From: Trichoplax sp. H2
Taxonomy: Eukaryota
DNA length: 64,000 nt
Reading direction: 5' to 3'
Assembly: GCA_003344405.1 (NCBI GenBank)
Contig: NOWV01000255.1
Coordinates: forward strand, 1-64,000
The first letter of the stretch is position 1. Each line of letters starts with the position of its first letter. Shown piece after piece: positions 40,701 to 52,619 of this stretch. A model generated the notes under the pieces. That model was given only the letters and a program-made list of their open reading frames with translations, searched no databases and was not told the origin of the DNA. The position numbers and the translations under genes were made by a program.

Positions 40701-43700
40701 AATAAAATTAAAGAATTCGTTTGCCATCGATTCTACAGTGGCATCAGGGGAAGAGTGATTAAGCAATTGTAATTTAACATTTTTCTGTTGGAAATAACCT
40801 TGGCTTTTCTTTTCGGTAATATGATGTAGATTATGATAATATCCATTTCTCTTTTAGGTTCTTACAGCATAATAATATTTCCTTTATTTCCAAACGATGC
40901 TTCACATTTTTGGCTTTAATTTCTGAAATTTTGTAAGCTATAAGTTTAGCTAATTCATTAATTGTTCATCTGATATAAGCTATTTGAAGTCAAGAAGTTA
41001 TGGATTGTCAAAGAAATAAATTTTAAATAGTGTAACTTGAAAACCTCATATATGAATAGGGACATCGGATTTAATGATTTTGCTAATAATATTCCGGATT
41101 TGATGGATGAACTACTCCATACAGATTTAAGAGTTACGAGGCTGTAAGTAAATAAGAAGGTACACATTGCTGCAAATGATAGTGAAATAGCTATTAGCCT
41201 TGGATTGCATAATTGCAGCTTAATATAAGCAATCTTAAATCTCTAGTTAATTCTCGGTCTAAATAGGTTAAGTAAAATTATAGTCTTATGACCGTACACT
41301 GATATAATTAAGAATCGACGCAAATACTTTTGAAGCTCCTGCTCTAATGAATACTTGGGAAAAAATGATGATACTATACTAAGTATAGGTTGTTTAAATG
41401 CAGAATGTTATAATTTGTACGCGATTGTAACGAGTTTAATGATGAATGATTACTTTTGATAATATATCTTAATTTTAAAATATATTAATATTATTTTATT
41501 AATAGAGGAATTAGTGGAAATGGTCTTAAAACGTTATGGAATAGCTTTAATATAGGTCTGGTAAGGAAAGAAATTGGATTGTAAGTTAATCATAAAGAAT
41601 TTATTCCTCTCATCAACTGTAGCACTTATTTTCGGTAAAATAAACTTTCTCAATGACTTTACTTATTCTGTATTGATATACAGAGATATCAGTTACAACA
41701 ATTTACCAGCGATTGAAATTCTCAAGATCATCAACCACATCCATCCTCCATATATCTGTGATCACTACAAACGGGCTGATCGACTTCATCATAATATTTT
41801 CGTCAAAAGCTGTTGGTTGATGTACTTGTTAGTAGGCTTAGTTGTGCATTTAATATATAGATTATACAGAGCGTATATATCAAGCCGCTAAACTATATTT
41901 AATCTATCGTCAGTTCTACTATAAGAAAATTCTAGATTGATTAAGTTACATAATTTTAACTTCTGCAGAGGTTTAAGCGGTTTACAACTAAAGCGCTTAC
42001 CGTCTCCAAATTTACGACACCTGGAAGGTTATATAGCGGTTCTGTAAGTATAACATTGTTCATTAAGTTAATAGGAATAACTTTGCTTATGCTTAGAGTA
42101 TACTATGCAGATATTAAGGAGAGGAGTAGCTAGCTGATTTTAATCTGCAATAGAAAAGAATCTTAGTTATTGATTCAGCAAAAATCGAATTTGTTTATCA
42201 GTACTAATCAAATTTTAAATCTGAGAATAATGAAATTAAGCAAAGCATGGAAAATTCGTATCACAAATTTGATCGGATAATTGTTATGCTTACCGAGAGT
42301 TTATGACTACATAAATTCAAAATTGATCGGTAAACGTGAGTAAAAAGATTGTAGCTGGGTATTGCTATGAAGTAGTCATAATGATTTGTGATATAATCAG
42401 AAATGAACATTTCGAGTTAAAAGGAACAACGATACCAATAATATTTATTTATATCATCTGAAGAATTATAAACGAATGTACTGTATATAGAGAAAAAGAT
42501 CCAAGTTGCGGCGCAAATGGGTTAAAAACTGTAGCGTTTAACTCAGATCTATATTTCGATAGAGGGGAAGGATCTTTACGAATAGTCCATACCTTCTTAC
42601 CTCGTATCAATTCCATTCTGACAGATGGTTAGCGACTTAATAGATATGAAGTCATAGTTGGAGCTCCTAAAATCTTTGAGCCTGAGTCTAGTTAAAATTC
42701 TAAATGAGCTAAGTTGAGAATGATGTGAATTAGCAGCTAGGGTACCTGTACCACGATAGAACTTTGTGCACTTTTCCTAGTGTATTCAATGGAGGACAAT
42801 ATTGAATGAGATCATGAATATTTGACTATTTACCATAATTGTACCTGGAATTACATGAATTGCGTACAGAGAAAAATATTTACATAAGAAGGCTCATTTA
42901 AATTTCCGTCCAGTTTCAACTTGGTAAATTTATCAAAATATTTTTCGTTTGCTTGATAGATGACCAAGAATTCCATGTGACATGCCATTAATAGTTAATT
43001 AAAGATTCGAAATTTTTTTATTTTATTTGATATTATACAATTTAAAACAGAAGTATAAAGTTCCAACATTCACGTCTCTAAATTACTTATTGCATAAGTT
43101 CGATTTTTAATTTACCTCGCATATAGTACTCTGAACAATAATTTTATCAAAGAATTTGACGTTGAAGATTTCTTTTCTGGAAGCGATAGTAATCTCCTAG
43201 AATTGTAAGTCATAGAAAATGCTTATAAGGTTAAATGATTAGGACTGGGAAGTAATCTTCATTTGAGTATAGTAGAAGAATACAATGATTTTTCATCTAT
43301 ATCGATTTATCAGGCTTTATCTCATATATACTATGTTACTATTTGTGCCACTATAAACATTCAGGCAGCTTGCTGGAAATAAACTTAAGAAGTTTACCAA
43401 CCGGAAAAATTTTCGTTTTCTAAGCTTACTGTTATTGTAAGTAGCTATCACGCCTTATCGAAATAAAATGTTATTCTAATATATAAGAGTAGAACTCAAA
43501 TTATTGATTTCCATATTTGCTATAATAATAGCCATCGATCTTAAAATTAAAAATAACAGTTATAATATGATATATCTTAGTATTGATATGATGCTAAGGT
43601 TTAGAAGTATAAGAGATTTGTAGTAAATATTGAAGCAGGAATTTATCTTAGCTTTTGATAATTGTCTTATGACAGGAGCTCAAGACAAACTGACTGTAGG

Positions 43701-46137
43701 CTATGTTGCCTAAGTCTATAAGGATTTTGTATTAATAGCAAAGTCAATTTAATTTTATTACTAGTTCTTAAAATTTAATTTTCCTGTTGATCGATTGGTT
43801 AATAGAATGTAGTTATAAACGAAGAACGTATAAAATTTGTTCGCATTGCTTAGCATCCTCTGAGAAGATTAAATTTATTCTTATTATCTGTACAACAACC
43901 TTATTAGTAGATGATTTAATCAAAATAAATTGTTTGTTTGCCTAGAAATATATCCGATAATAGCATCACTAACTTCTGCGATAATGCTTGGCAAAAATTT
44001 GCGCCAAAACTACGGAATGTGTAAGTATCAAAATCTGACGGAGTAAAGTAATTCTATATACATGATAATAGATTGGAAAGCAATTGTTTTTAAGTCGTGT
44101 CCATAAAATTTCGATCGCCACTTATTGATAAATTTTAAGGGAAAGTTTTCTGCTAAAAGTAGTAATCAGTATCTGGTTTTAGATGCACACGAATATATAT
44201 GTTTATCTGTTACGGGCAATGTATGAAATTATGAAATTTAACATGTATATCTTTTATGGAAATGCTGCTAATTTTGTATGTAGATATGCGGATAGATCCA
44301 ATATCAAGAAACTGTCTTCACGATGTTTGCAAAGATTGTCCAATCTTCGATTCCTGTATGCTACATTATCTGTTTAAAATACTTTCCCATATTATATGAT
44401 TGATAGTTTATGCCGTGTAAATTGATATTTGTTTATGTGTAGATCATTAAAGGCGAATCCACTACTAACAATATCTGAAAAATCGCTATATGGACCTCAA
44501 CAACTATCTACTGTGTAAGACTATTTGAAAGAAAGGGTTGAAAATGTATCAGTCATTTAATAGATTTATTCCGTCATCGTCCTAATAGTAGTCTTACCGA
44601 CATTTTTTAAGTATTTTGTAACCATAATAGATTATGTTTCGTTACGTTATAGTAAAAGGAAATTGAATATGTATTAAAGTGATTTATAATCTTACAACTG
44701 ATAGCTTAGGATTACTTAGATATTCCGCTATTTTGTTACGATTAGATCTAAAGCAATGCAGCAATATACTATACTTCCGGTGCTAAAAAATGAGCTTCTT
44801 GAATTACAATATCATACCGTATTTGTCTATCACATGCAATTAAGTTAAAAAGTACGATAGTTAATCATCTACTCCATGTTTGTTTTTTGGTAACAATTAT
44901 TAATGCGTAAGAAGAACTCAGTAATTTTATCTTTCTATGTGGCAGTTTTACATCTCGAGATTATTTCTGTTGCTTGGTACCTGCAAAAGTTACTGCATGC
45001 GAGCCGATTATCGTAGAATCACTGACTTCGTGTCAAAATCTGCTATCTCATTTATCCTTAAGACTCTACATATGGATAATAGGTGGATTAGCGTTTATAG
45101 GAAATTTGTTGGTTTTACGTTTACATTGGATAAAACGGCACAGCAGTAGATCAAAAGGAACATCACAGCTTCTAATTATCAACCTAGCAGTATCGGACTT
45201 TCTAATGTCAATTTATTTACTAATAATTGCTATTAGTGATCAGATTCATGTGAATAATTATGGCGTCCGTGCTGAAAGTTGGCTAAGAAGTCCAATTTGT
45301 GCATTAGCATTTTTCTTGGGCAGCTTATCTAGCATCATGTCTGTTATCTCGATATTACTAATTAGTGTTGATTTATATTTTCGCTGTACAAACCCGTTTA
45401 ATTATCAGAATAGAAATTGCAGATCAGAAAAATTCAAAGTTACTGTTATTATATTATGGTTAATTTGTATTATCTTTGTTGCAATACCAGCTGTAACTAG
45501 CACAAATGTCGCAGGTAATGATCGAATTTATAAATATAGTAGCATTTGTATGCCAAGTAATGTAGAAGATGCATTTTATAGAAGTTGGATCACAATTGCT
45601 ACAGTCTGTATGGTTTGTATTTGGTTAACGACATGCGTATTGTATGCACTAGTACTTTTGAAAGTTCACCAAAGTAGCCAATCTGTTCATAAGTCGGCCC
45701 AATTAGATCGAAAATTAGCAAGGAAATTGTTTTTAATTTTATTTACGGACTTAATATCATGGCTGCCTTATTATATACTTATTTTTAAAGTGATTTTGAC
45801 CGGTAGGATCGATATTTTTACGTTAAAATTTGTTATTATACTCACATTACCTATGAATTCAGCTCTCAATCCGTACCTTTATAGTTTTACTTGTCCTGCA
45901 TCACCAGGTAGAGCTTTATTGTCTATCCGTAAGAGCTTTTCAGGGAGATTGCGGGATTATTACTCGGATCCATTGCGCCAAGTTAATCATTATTTCTTCA
46001 AGTGTAATGACAATAATGACCCTCAAAATAATTTAGAAGGACCTGATGTTAATATCACACTAAATAATACAGAGTGTTTACAAACTGTTGATAGAGAAGG
46101 AGTTGTTAAGCGGACTGTTCGAGAATCAAATGTGTAA
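24161..46137 (+). CDS. Giant LRR-GPCR (LGR-like) copy 2, complete: signal peptide, LRRNT, about 50 LRRs, hinge, 7TM; 52 exons, about 1681 aa
   Basis: Exon 1 24161-24224 (cacc-ATG, MKIRLLSSFQSLIIICIALFC, phase 1). LRRNT 26542-26686 (CPSECVCETSVIKC). 49 LRR exons start at 27475, 27677, 28158, 28819, 29090, 29525, 30476, 30978, 31268, 31603, 32361, 33222, 33776, 33965, 34136, 34410, 34720, 34883, 35136, 35295, 35484, 35689, 35925, 36097, 36314, 36643, 37005, 37257, 37449, 37609, 37813, 38235, 39149, 39516, 39822, 40119, 40256, 40414, 40688, 40858, 41060, 41506, 41684, 41969, 43127, 43365, 43946, 44284, 44443. Terminal exon 44946-46137 has FTDLISWLP and NSALNPYLY. Summed CDS is 5046 nt, in frame. 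AATAAA at 46182. Confidence 0.92.
24338..24674 (-). mobile_element. Solo-LTR-like (or MITE-like) element, TGTCAC...GTGACA family, 4-bp TSD
   Basis: 6-bp terminal inverted repeat; CTGG at both 24334-24337 and 24675-24678; located in intron 1 of copy 2. Confidence 0.75.
25682..26114. other. Assembly gap (20 N) flanked by an exact 151-bp direct duplication
   Basis: 25682-25832 equals 25964-26114; Ns at 25833-25852. Confidence 0.95.
26697..26880. repeat. Two-copy tandem duplication, about 98 bp
   Basis: TTTAGACTGTTT...GTACTGTTGAT...ATTTGAATTAAGCTTT occurs twice. Confidence 0.8.
31756..31782. repeat. (AT)n microsatellite
   Basis: Uninterrupted AT run of about 13 units. Confidence 0.9.
38438..38922 (-). 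mobile_element. Solo LTR, 485 bp, 5-bp TSD
   Basis: TG...CA bounded by ACCTG at 38433-38437 and 38923-38927; minus-strand CTATAAATA and AATAAA; interrupts one unit of a local roughly 100-bp degenerate tandem repeat. Confidence 0.8.
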
Positions 46138-46282
46138 ATTCTGTATAAAGCTGTGATATACATTTTCTAGGATCAATTAGAAATAAATGTTGCCATTAGA
46201 TTTCTGACAAGACTGTAAAGTGGCGTGATGCAATTCTGTATTCTTAATGGAAAAGATTATTCAAAATTAAGTGAAATCGTTA

Positions 46283-46572
46283 TGTTACGAGCTAGGAATA
46301 GTCCTAACTTGCGATAAAGATTGAGAGAGTGATTTCTACCATTTACTACTGTTATTTGGAATACGAAATAATTGGTATTCCAAGGCAGATAAGGTTTAAT
46401 ACAGGGATACCTTCAAGACTTACTAGAAAATCACAATCTAATTTATTATCGGCGAACTCGCCGTTTATATAGATTTCGGACCTAAAACCAGTTTAGCTAC
46501 ACACGTCACCTCGTCTATTAGAAATTAACTAAATTAATACCCTAAAGAGATCCTATTAAATTTACTGTAACA
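46283..46572 (-). mobile_element. Solo-LTR-like dispersed repeat, copy b (inverted)
   Basis: TGTTAC...GTAACA termini; aligns along its length with 20316-20634 except for a roughly 29-bp hairpin insert in copy a. Confidence 0.8.
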
Positions 46573-46631
46573 ATATTAAAATAATCTGAAGGGTCTAGTG
46601 CACAGTTGTGACTATAGTAACCTATACAATT

Positions 46632-46875
46632 TGTGGAAGGAGCAATTTACTAGTATACCCCACAAATGAGTGGGGATGGTATAAAAGACCGAGCGAATTG
46701 CCATTCGCTAGCAGTAGTCGCTCCGGGCTAGGACAAACTAGTAGAGACTAGAAATCAGAAGACTGGTGAATAAAAAGTGCTAGTGGTTTGAAAGAAACCT
46801 GAGTAGTTGTGTGACTGCGAGGAAAGAGTTAGTTTCCCCTTAGAAGAAGACTTCCAAGTTAGTGGAAGACATACA
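46632..46875 (+). mobile_element. Probable short solo LTR
   Basis: TGT...ACA flanked by CAATT (46627-46631 and 46876-46880); GTATAAAAG and AATAAA in LTR order; GC richer than its surroundings. Confidence 0.55.
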
Positions 46876-47781
46876 CAATTACTATAGCACCTGACATAAC
46901 CCAATCGCAAGTGAGATTTGTGACAATTCCTTATCGTACATATTACAAATTATTTTTCTTATTGTGGTTGATAAAGCGAGAATACAGATGATAGACGCCC
47001 TATCGAACATATTGTAAAGTATTTTGATCGTAGTTGATAATGTGCTTTTTTAGTGTACTGTCAGGTTATAATGAGTGGATATAGCATACTGGAACTGGTG
47101 AAATACTGCGCAATGATATGTGTGTACAAATTATTGAAGTTGTATTACTCCACGATCATGTTCATCTTTAGTCAATTCATTAATCGTATTGTAAAAGTGG
47201 AGTAATACTACATTCATTTACGCTACCTAAGTTGTATCGCACGAAAATATCCCTTGATCGCCTCAGTCGGTCATTGAAATTTATATGAGTATACGTGCAA
47301 TATTGTTGTTATTGCATCCAATTACGAAGAGATCTGTAAAGTATGGGATACGATTATAACTACGATACGTCTATACAGAAAGCATAAAATACAGTCTGTT
47401 TCTTCCGTCAATGCTTTATCAATTTTTAGTTTACGATACGCATAATTCACTTTACTGCACAATTGACTGATTTTACGTTAGTTATACTTTGGTGTCTTTT
47501 GTTGAACCAATTTAAAGGAGACATTACTCCATGAGCCATTTTTCTCTTGTTATCTTTAGTCCATTCATTAATGGAGTTCAGTATGGTAATAAAGTATTTC
47601 ACTTTTACGCTATCGAAGTTGTGTCTGACAAAATATCGCCTCAGTCGGCCATCTCTACTTGTATACGTGTAATGTAATGTTGTTTGGTCTTCAAGAAAGC
47701 GATTCATATTTTATGTTGGTCATTGACTTTATTGATGATATATCACGATACGAGACACTGATGGCAAAAATTGCCTTTTTA

Positions 47782-48154
47782 CATACCGTTGGGAAAAGAT
47801 ATCAAGTCTATACGCGTACTACTAGTACGTCGATATAGAAAGTATACAGTAAAACATGTTTCTTCCATCAATGCTTTATCCAGAATGTTTTATCCATTTT
47901 AGTTTCCATACCGTTGGGGAAAGATATCAAATCTATACGCGTACTACTAGTACGTCGATATAGAAAGTATACAGTAAAACATATTTCTTCCGTCAATGCT
48001 ATATCCAGAATGTTTTATCCATTTTAGTTTCCATACTGTTCGGAAAAGATATCAAGTCTATACGCGCACTACTAGTACGTCGACATAGAAAGCATACAGT
48101 AAAACATGTTTCTTCCGTCAATGCTTTATCCAAAATGTTGTATCAATTTTAGTT
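47782..48154. repeat. 125-bp tandem repeat x3, inside an older local duplication (about 47160-48190)
   Basis: Units start at 47782, 47907 and 48032 (CATAC(C/T)GTT..AAGATATCAA..CTATACGCG). Confidence 0.95.
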
Positions 48155-48326
48155 TAATGCACCCTTAATTCACTTTCACTGCACCGATTTACGCTAGTTC
48201 TATTTTGTTGAAATAATTGATTTAGTGAACACAGACATCAACATAAATCTCCAATATCAGCATGATTGGATTGTCAGATTGAGCATGCTCATCCGGATGT
48301 CAATGGGAGTAACATGGGGGTTGGCG

Positions 48327-48481
48327 TACAGTACAGTACAGTACAGTACAGTACACTACACTACAGTACATCATACTGTACAGTAGTCGAACTGTGCTGT
48401 ATCCGAGTTCAATTCACTACAGTGTACGGTACAGTACAGTATGCAGCAGTGTTAAGGTACAACACAGTAACTACAGTACTA
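48327..48481. repeat. (CAGTA)n pentamer tract upstream of carrier copy A
   Basis: GTACAGTACAGTACAGTACAGTACAGTAC followed by degenerate units. Confidence 0.9.
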
Positions 48482-48780
48482 TACGTTAGTTAGAAACAGT
48501 CGTTATTAATATTATTAATATTAAGGGAAGTTAATTAATAAAATAATTAATTAATCAGAATTGGTGCATGTGTCGTATGATGGTGGAAGAAGAAAGCTGC
48601 CCTTGTTGTTCCAGTCTTGATCGATGTGGGCACTAGATAGTGTAGTTGCAGAGATTTTATGCCAATCCAACCCTCTGTACTCGTTGTCGCTCCAATTTCA
48701 ACCTCTAGTTTTCATCTAGTGATTAGTCAAATACTGTACGCTTGTTATTGAATTACTCAATTCTTCATTACTTCAAAGTC

Positions 48781-51700
48781 ATGAAGGAATCATCTGATCA
48801 TCAAGGCAATGGCGATCTGACGTCATTTTCATCGATTCCCCCAAGCCAACGGATGATTTCTGCTTGTGCTGGAGCCTTTTTTGCATCGTTATTAAGTAAG
48901 TAACTGCCATTTGAAGAAGTAATAGAATTAATGATTGTCATCGCTTTTGATCCATCACCCTCTCAACGAGACATCGTTACAGTAGTCACTAGCGGCCATA
49001 CTGAAAATTCACGCTCGATAAAAATACAGTTCATAAACATGCAAATAGCGTTATTTGTGACATATTCATTTCAATCGACGATCAAAGTCTTCATGGTAGA
49101 GATATCCAATGAATACGCTAATTTACAGTACATCTACATGTTATTTTGCTTTTCGAATTACTGTACAATCGCATTTTCCACTTTAGATATAAGTATAGTG
49201 TAGCATGCAATAATAGGAAAATTCCAGGCTATGTGCCGTTGCATTGGTAAAAAGTTATTACCATCGTTAGGCTTAATCAATTGCGGTCTACCATGGTCAA
49301 AACAAAGACTTATTACCCTAGATTTCTCTCTATATAGAATACCCATCAGCATGCATGATTGAAGAATAAACGATTACTTACTTACTCGACGATAGTACAG
49401 TACAGTATTGTTATAGTTGCCGTGCTGAAATAGTGCTTAAAATACTACTGTATGAATTGTAATCCAATTATATGATTGCATTGCATGTGCTTGTACTCTG
49501 TACAAATCCCTGGATCGCGAGAAGGCGTTTACCTTATTAGCGTAATTTTAATACTCTGAAATATCGGGCTTAGTAAATCAACAATATATCGGCCACGAAA
49601 GTCTCTTGTTGACGTATACTGTTTACGAGTAATAACAACTAGAAATGCAGCGGACGCGAAGAAATTCCGTCAATGTTGAGATGAATTAATTATCACCTAT
49701 ACAAAGCAGTGATTGTATATTTCTGATTTGTTGCATAAAATAGTTACTCCATTTGATGTAGTCAAGACCAGGATTCAAGCAGATCAGAAATTGATTAAAA
49801 GTGGTAAATATGGATTATAAGCAACGCTATTGTTTGTAAATGATTTAAAATGATACTTGTTGTTGATATCTATGCTACATTTATTGAATATTTTCATCTT
49901 AATGTTTAAAGACTTGTAAATAGTAAAAGCATGCATGTAGTATTTTCAAACGATTATTTGGACATATCAAAATTTAAATTTACAGTATTACACTAAACAT
50001 GACCACGTTATATGATTTACCGTTTGGTTGTATTTCCTTTATGGATAAACATGAATAGAACTTTCATTTAGTTATTAGTCCTGTAGATAATGATTGTAGT
50101 ATCTTGGAACAATTAATTAGACCGATCAATCTTTCGGATCTTTCTAGATGTTTGTTGCTTAGAGTCAATAGTACGACTTTAAACATGCAGTCCCTTTTAG
50201 TTCTTTCTAAATATCATAATACGTTGCAATTGTCGCTATACGTATCTGTCATAACGCTACAATTGCTTTTACTACGAGTAGATTTTAAGTAATTTCTACA
50301 AGTGTTAGTGGCTGGTATTCAATCATCGAGTGATCGCTGATAACATACTAAAGTAAATGAATTAAGATTCAAATATGTTCGTGTACGTTATACGAGTACA
50401 ATCTATAGTAATCCTACTTGACATAATTCATTCGTACTCATGTACTTATATTCATTGCTTAAGCTAGGTAGTTCTACTGTAATTTGCTCGGACTTTAAAA
50501 TGAATCGAAGAGCTCCTATTAAAATACGTTTTTGTTATTCAAATGTTAAACAATTTGACTTTCTTAAACATATTCTTGTTTATTAGATTCGTATTTATAT
50601 TGAGCTTTGCCTGGTAAAGCTTGTCATTGGGATGCTTATTTTGCTGTATTTTCTTATTGCATTAATTAGAAAAAATTGTCTTTTTTCGAAATGGAGTCCT
50701 AAGTCAAGTTTGCCCAATATGTCCCGCTGGTCCCAGTCATTGCGAACATCAAGTCAACATTACCAGCCGAGCTACGGCTATGGTATGTAATTTTTATTAA
50801 CGAATATTGACATTTAATTGAACATTGCGGCTCGATGCTAATTGATCGGTTATGGGGTCTCCCGTTAAACGGAATTCAAATTTAATGATAACAGTATATC
50901 TGTAAAATTGGATATTTTTCGGTGATAAATGTCAATTATCGTCGTAATGTTTCTACCTTTATTTCTTGAAAAATCTCAGGAAACTGCGTTCAATATTGCA
51001 AAAAGTGAAGGAACATTTGGTTTATGGAGAGGATTATCGCCAACTGTGTAAGATATCATTTTACTTTTCTTAAGACCTGTACTACAGGATTAATTCCTTT
51101 CTCTTGCTCACTTTTCTTGGCTGTATGAATGTTACACAAAAATCTTCTTACATCATAAATTTGTTAACACGAATTATGTATCATTGAAATGCTGATTATT
51201 TTGTTTCCCAAATTAGAATGATGGTGGTGCCTGCTACTGTCATCTACTATACTGGCTATGATTTCTTAAAGGATAGGCTATCTTTTCGTTTTGGTTCCTA
51301 TAAAGATGTACTTGCACCAATGATTGCTGGAGTAACAGCGCGTAGTAAGTCGTTAATTTACGGAGTAATTACTGAATTAGTCATCTTTAAGTGATAATAA
51401 CTTCAGAGATGTCCGATATTATATAATTTAATACTTTTAACTAGTTTTTCTTGAATTTAAATTTCTACTTTTGTATGGATTGCTGAACTTATCTAGAGAT
51501 TTAAATGTTCATGTCATTACAGCTACGACAGTCTTAATGGTTTCGCCTATTGAATTAATGAGAACTAAGATCCAAGCCAAAGAAGGGAATAGTTATAGAG
51601 GTGAGTAAAATTACTGCTAACGTACTTATGCATCCCTATTATCATTGTAGTTAATCGAACGACCTCCAGTTCCTAAATTCTGTATACCTTGCTTTATTAG

Positions 51701-52619
51701 AAATGGCTAGCATTGTGAAAAATGCCGTCAAACAAAGTGGGGCATCATCTCTTTGGCGAGGACTAGGGCCCACACTTCTGCGCGATGTACCTTTTTCTGG
51801 TGGGTGTTATAAGATTCATTTCCAAAATTTACTTTATATACAGTTATTCTTGTTTACGAATCTTAATTAGCTAATAGTGATTACCTTAATAACATAAACA
51901 ATCCCGATTAATAGCATGTTATTGGGCTGGCTATGAATACTTTAAGCGTAAACTTTCACGGTCTGTGGGTGAGAAAAATCGAAACATCACTACGTTTGCA
52001 GCCGGTGCTATTTCCGGATCGGTAAGCTATTCGTTCCCATAGTAGTGTAGGTAACTAGATTTTTAATGTAAAAGTATACCATGTATAAATCATTAATGCG
52101 ATAAGATGTAAGCGTGTCTTAATCGCCAATAGAAATCTATTACGGTAAAGTGCTACAATAAAGATGGTCTTTAATTATAATGATGCAATAGATTGTTGCT
52201 ACTGCCACGACTCCCTTTGATGTCGTCAAGACTCGTTTACAGGTTGACATGGGAGAAAATTTTGCAGGTATAAATATTTGGCTTGATTGTGCTATACCTA
52301 GCTTTATATTGTTTTTGTGTACTAAAAAATGTAATTAATTTGGATTGATAATAGAAAAGCAAAAAATTCCGTCCACTTGGAGTGTTATCAGAGATATCTG
52401 GAAATTACATGGATGGAACGGTTTATTTGCAGGTGCATTAATGGAAAGATTGACAAGTATGATATTATGTGGTTGTAGGCATAAATGATTAAAATCAAGA
52501 TAACTTTTTCTTCAGGTGTAACTGCTCGTGTCGCCAAGATTACGCCCGCATGTGCTATCATGATAGGTAGCTATGAATTTTGTAAAGACTTTTTTGTGAA
52601 AAGAAACCGTTCTCGATAA
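48781..52619 (+). CDS. SLC25A40: Mitochondrial carrier SLC25A39/SLC25A40 family (Mtm1-like, glutathione transporter), copy A, 11 exons
   Basis: Exons 48781-48895, 49744-49803, 50670-50782, 50980-51047, 51217-51344, 51523-51600, 51701-51799, 51915-52021, 52192-52267, 52355-52432, 52516-52619. Three carrier signatures (PFDVVKTRIQ, PIELMRTKIQ, PFDVVKTRLQ), plus LWRGLGPTLLRDVPFSACYW and RVAKITPACAIMIGSYEFCK. The 39 versus 40 assignment cannot be resolved. Confidence 0.93.

Noticed and set aside
47447..47707. 86-aa minus-strand ORF
   Set aside because: Lies in a local duplication whose other copy is not open; no recognisable motif.
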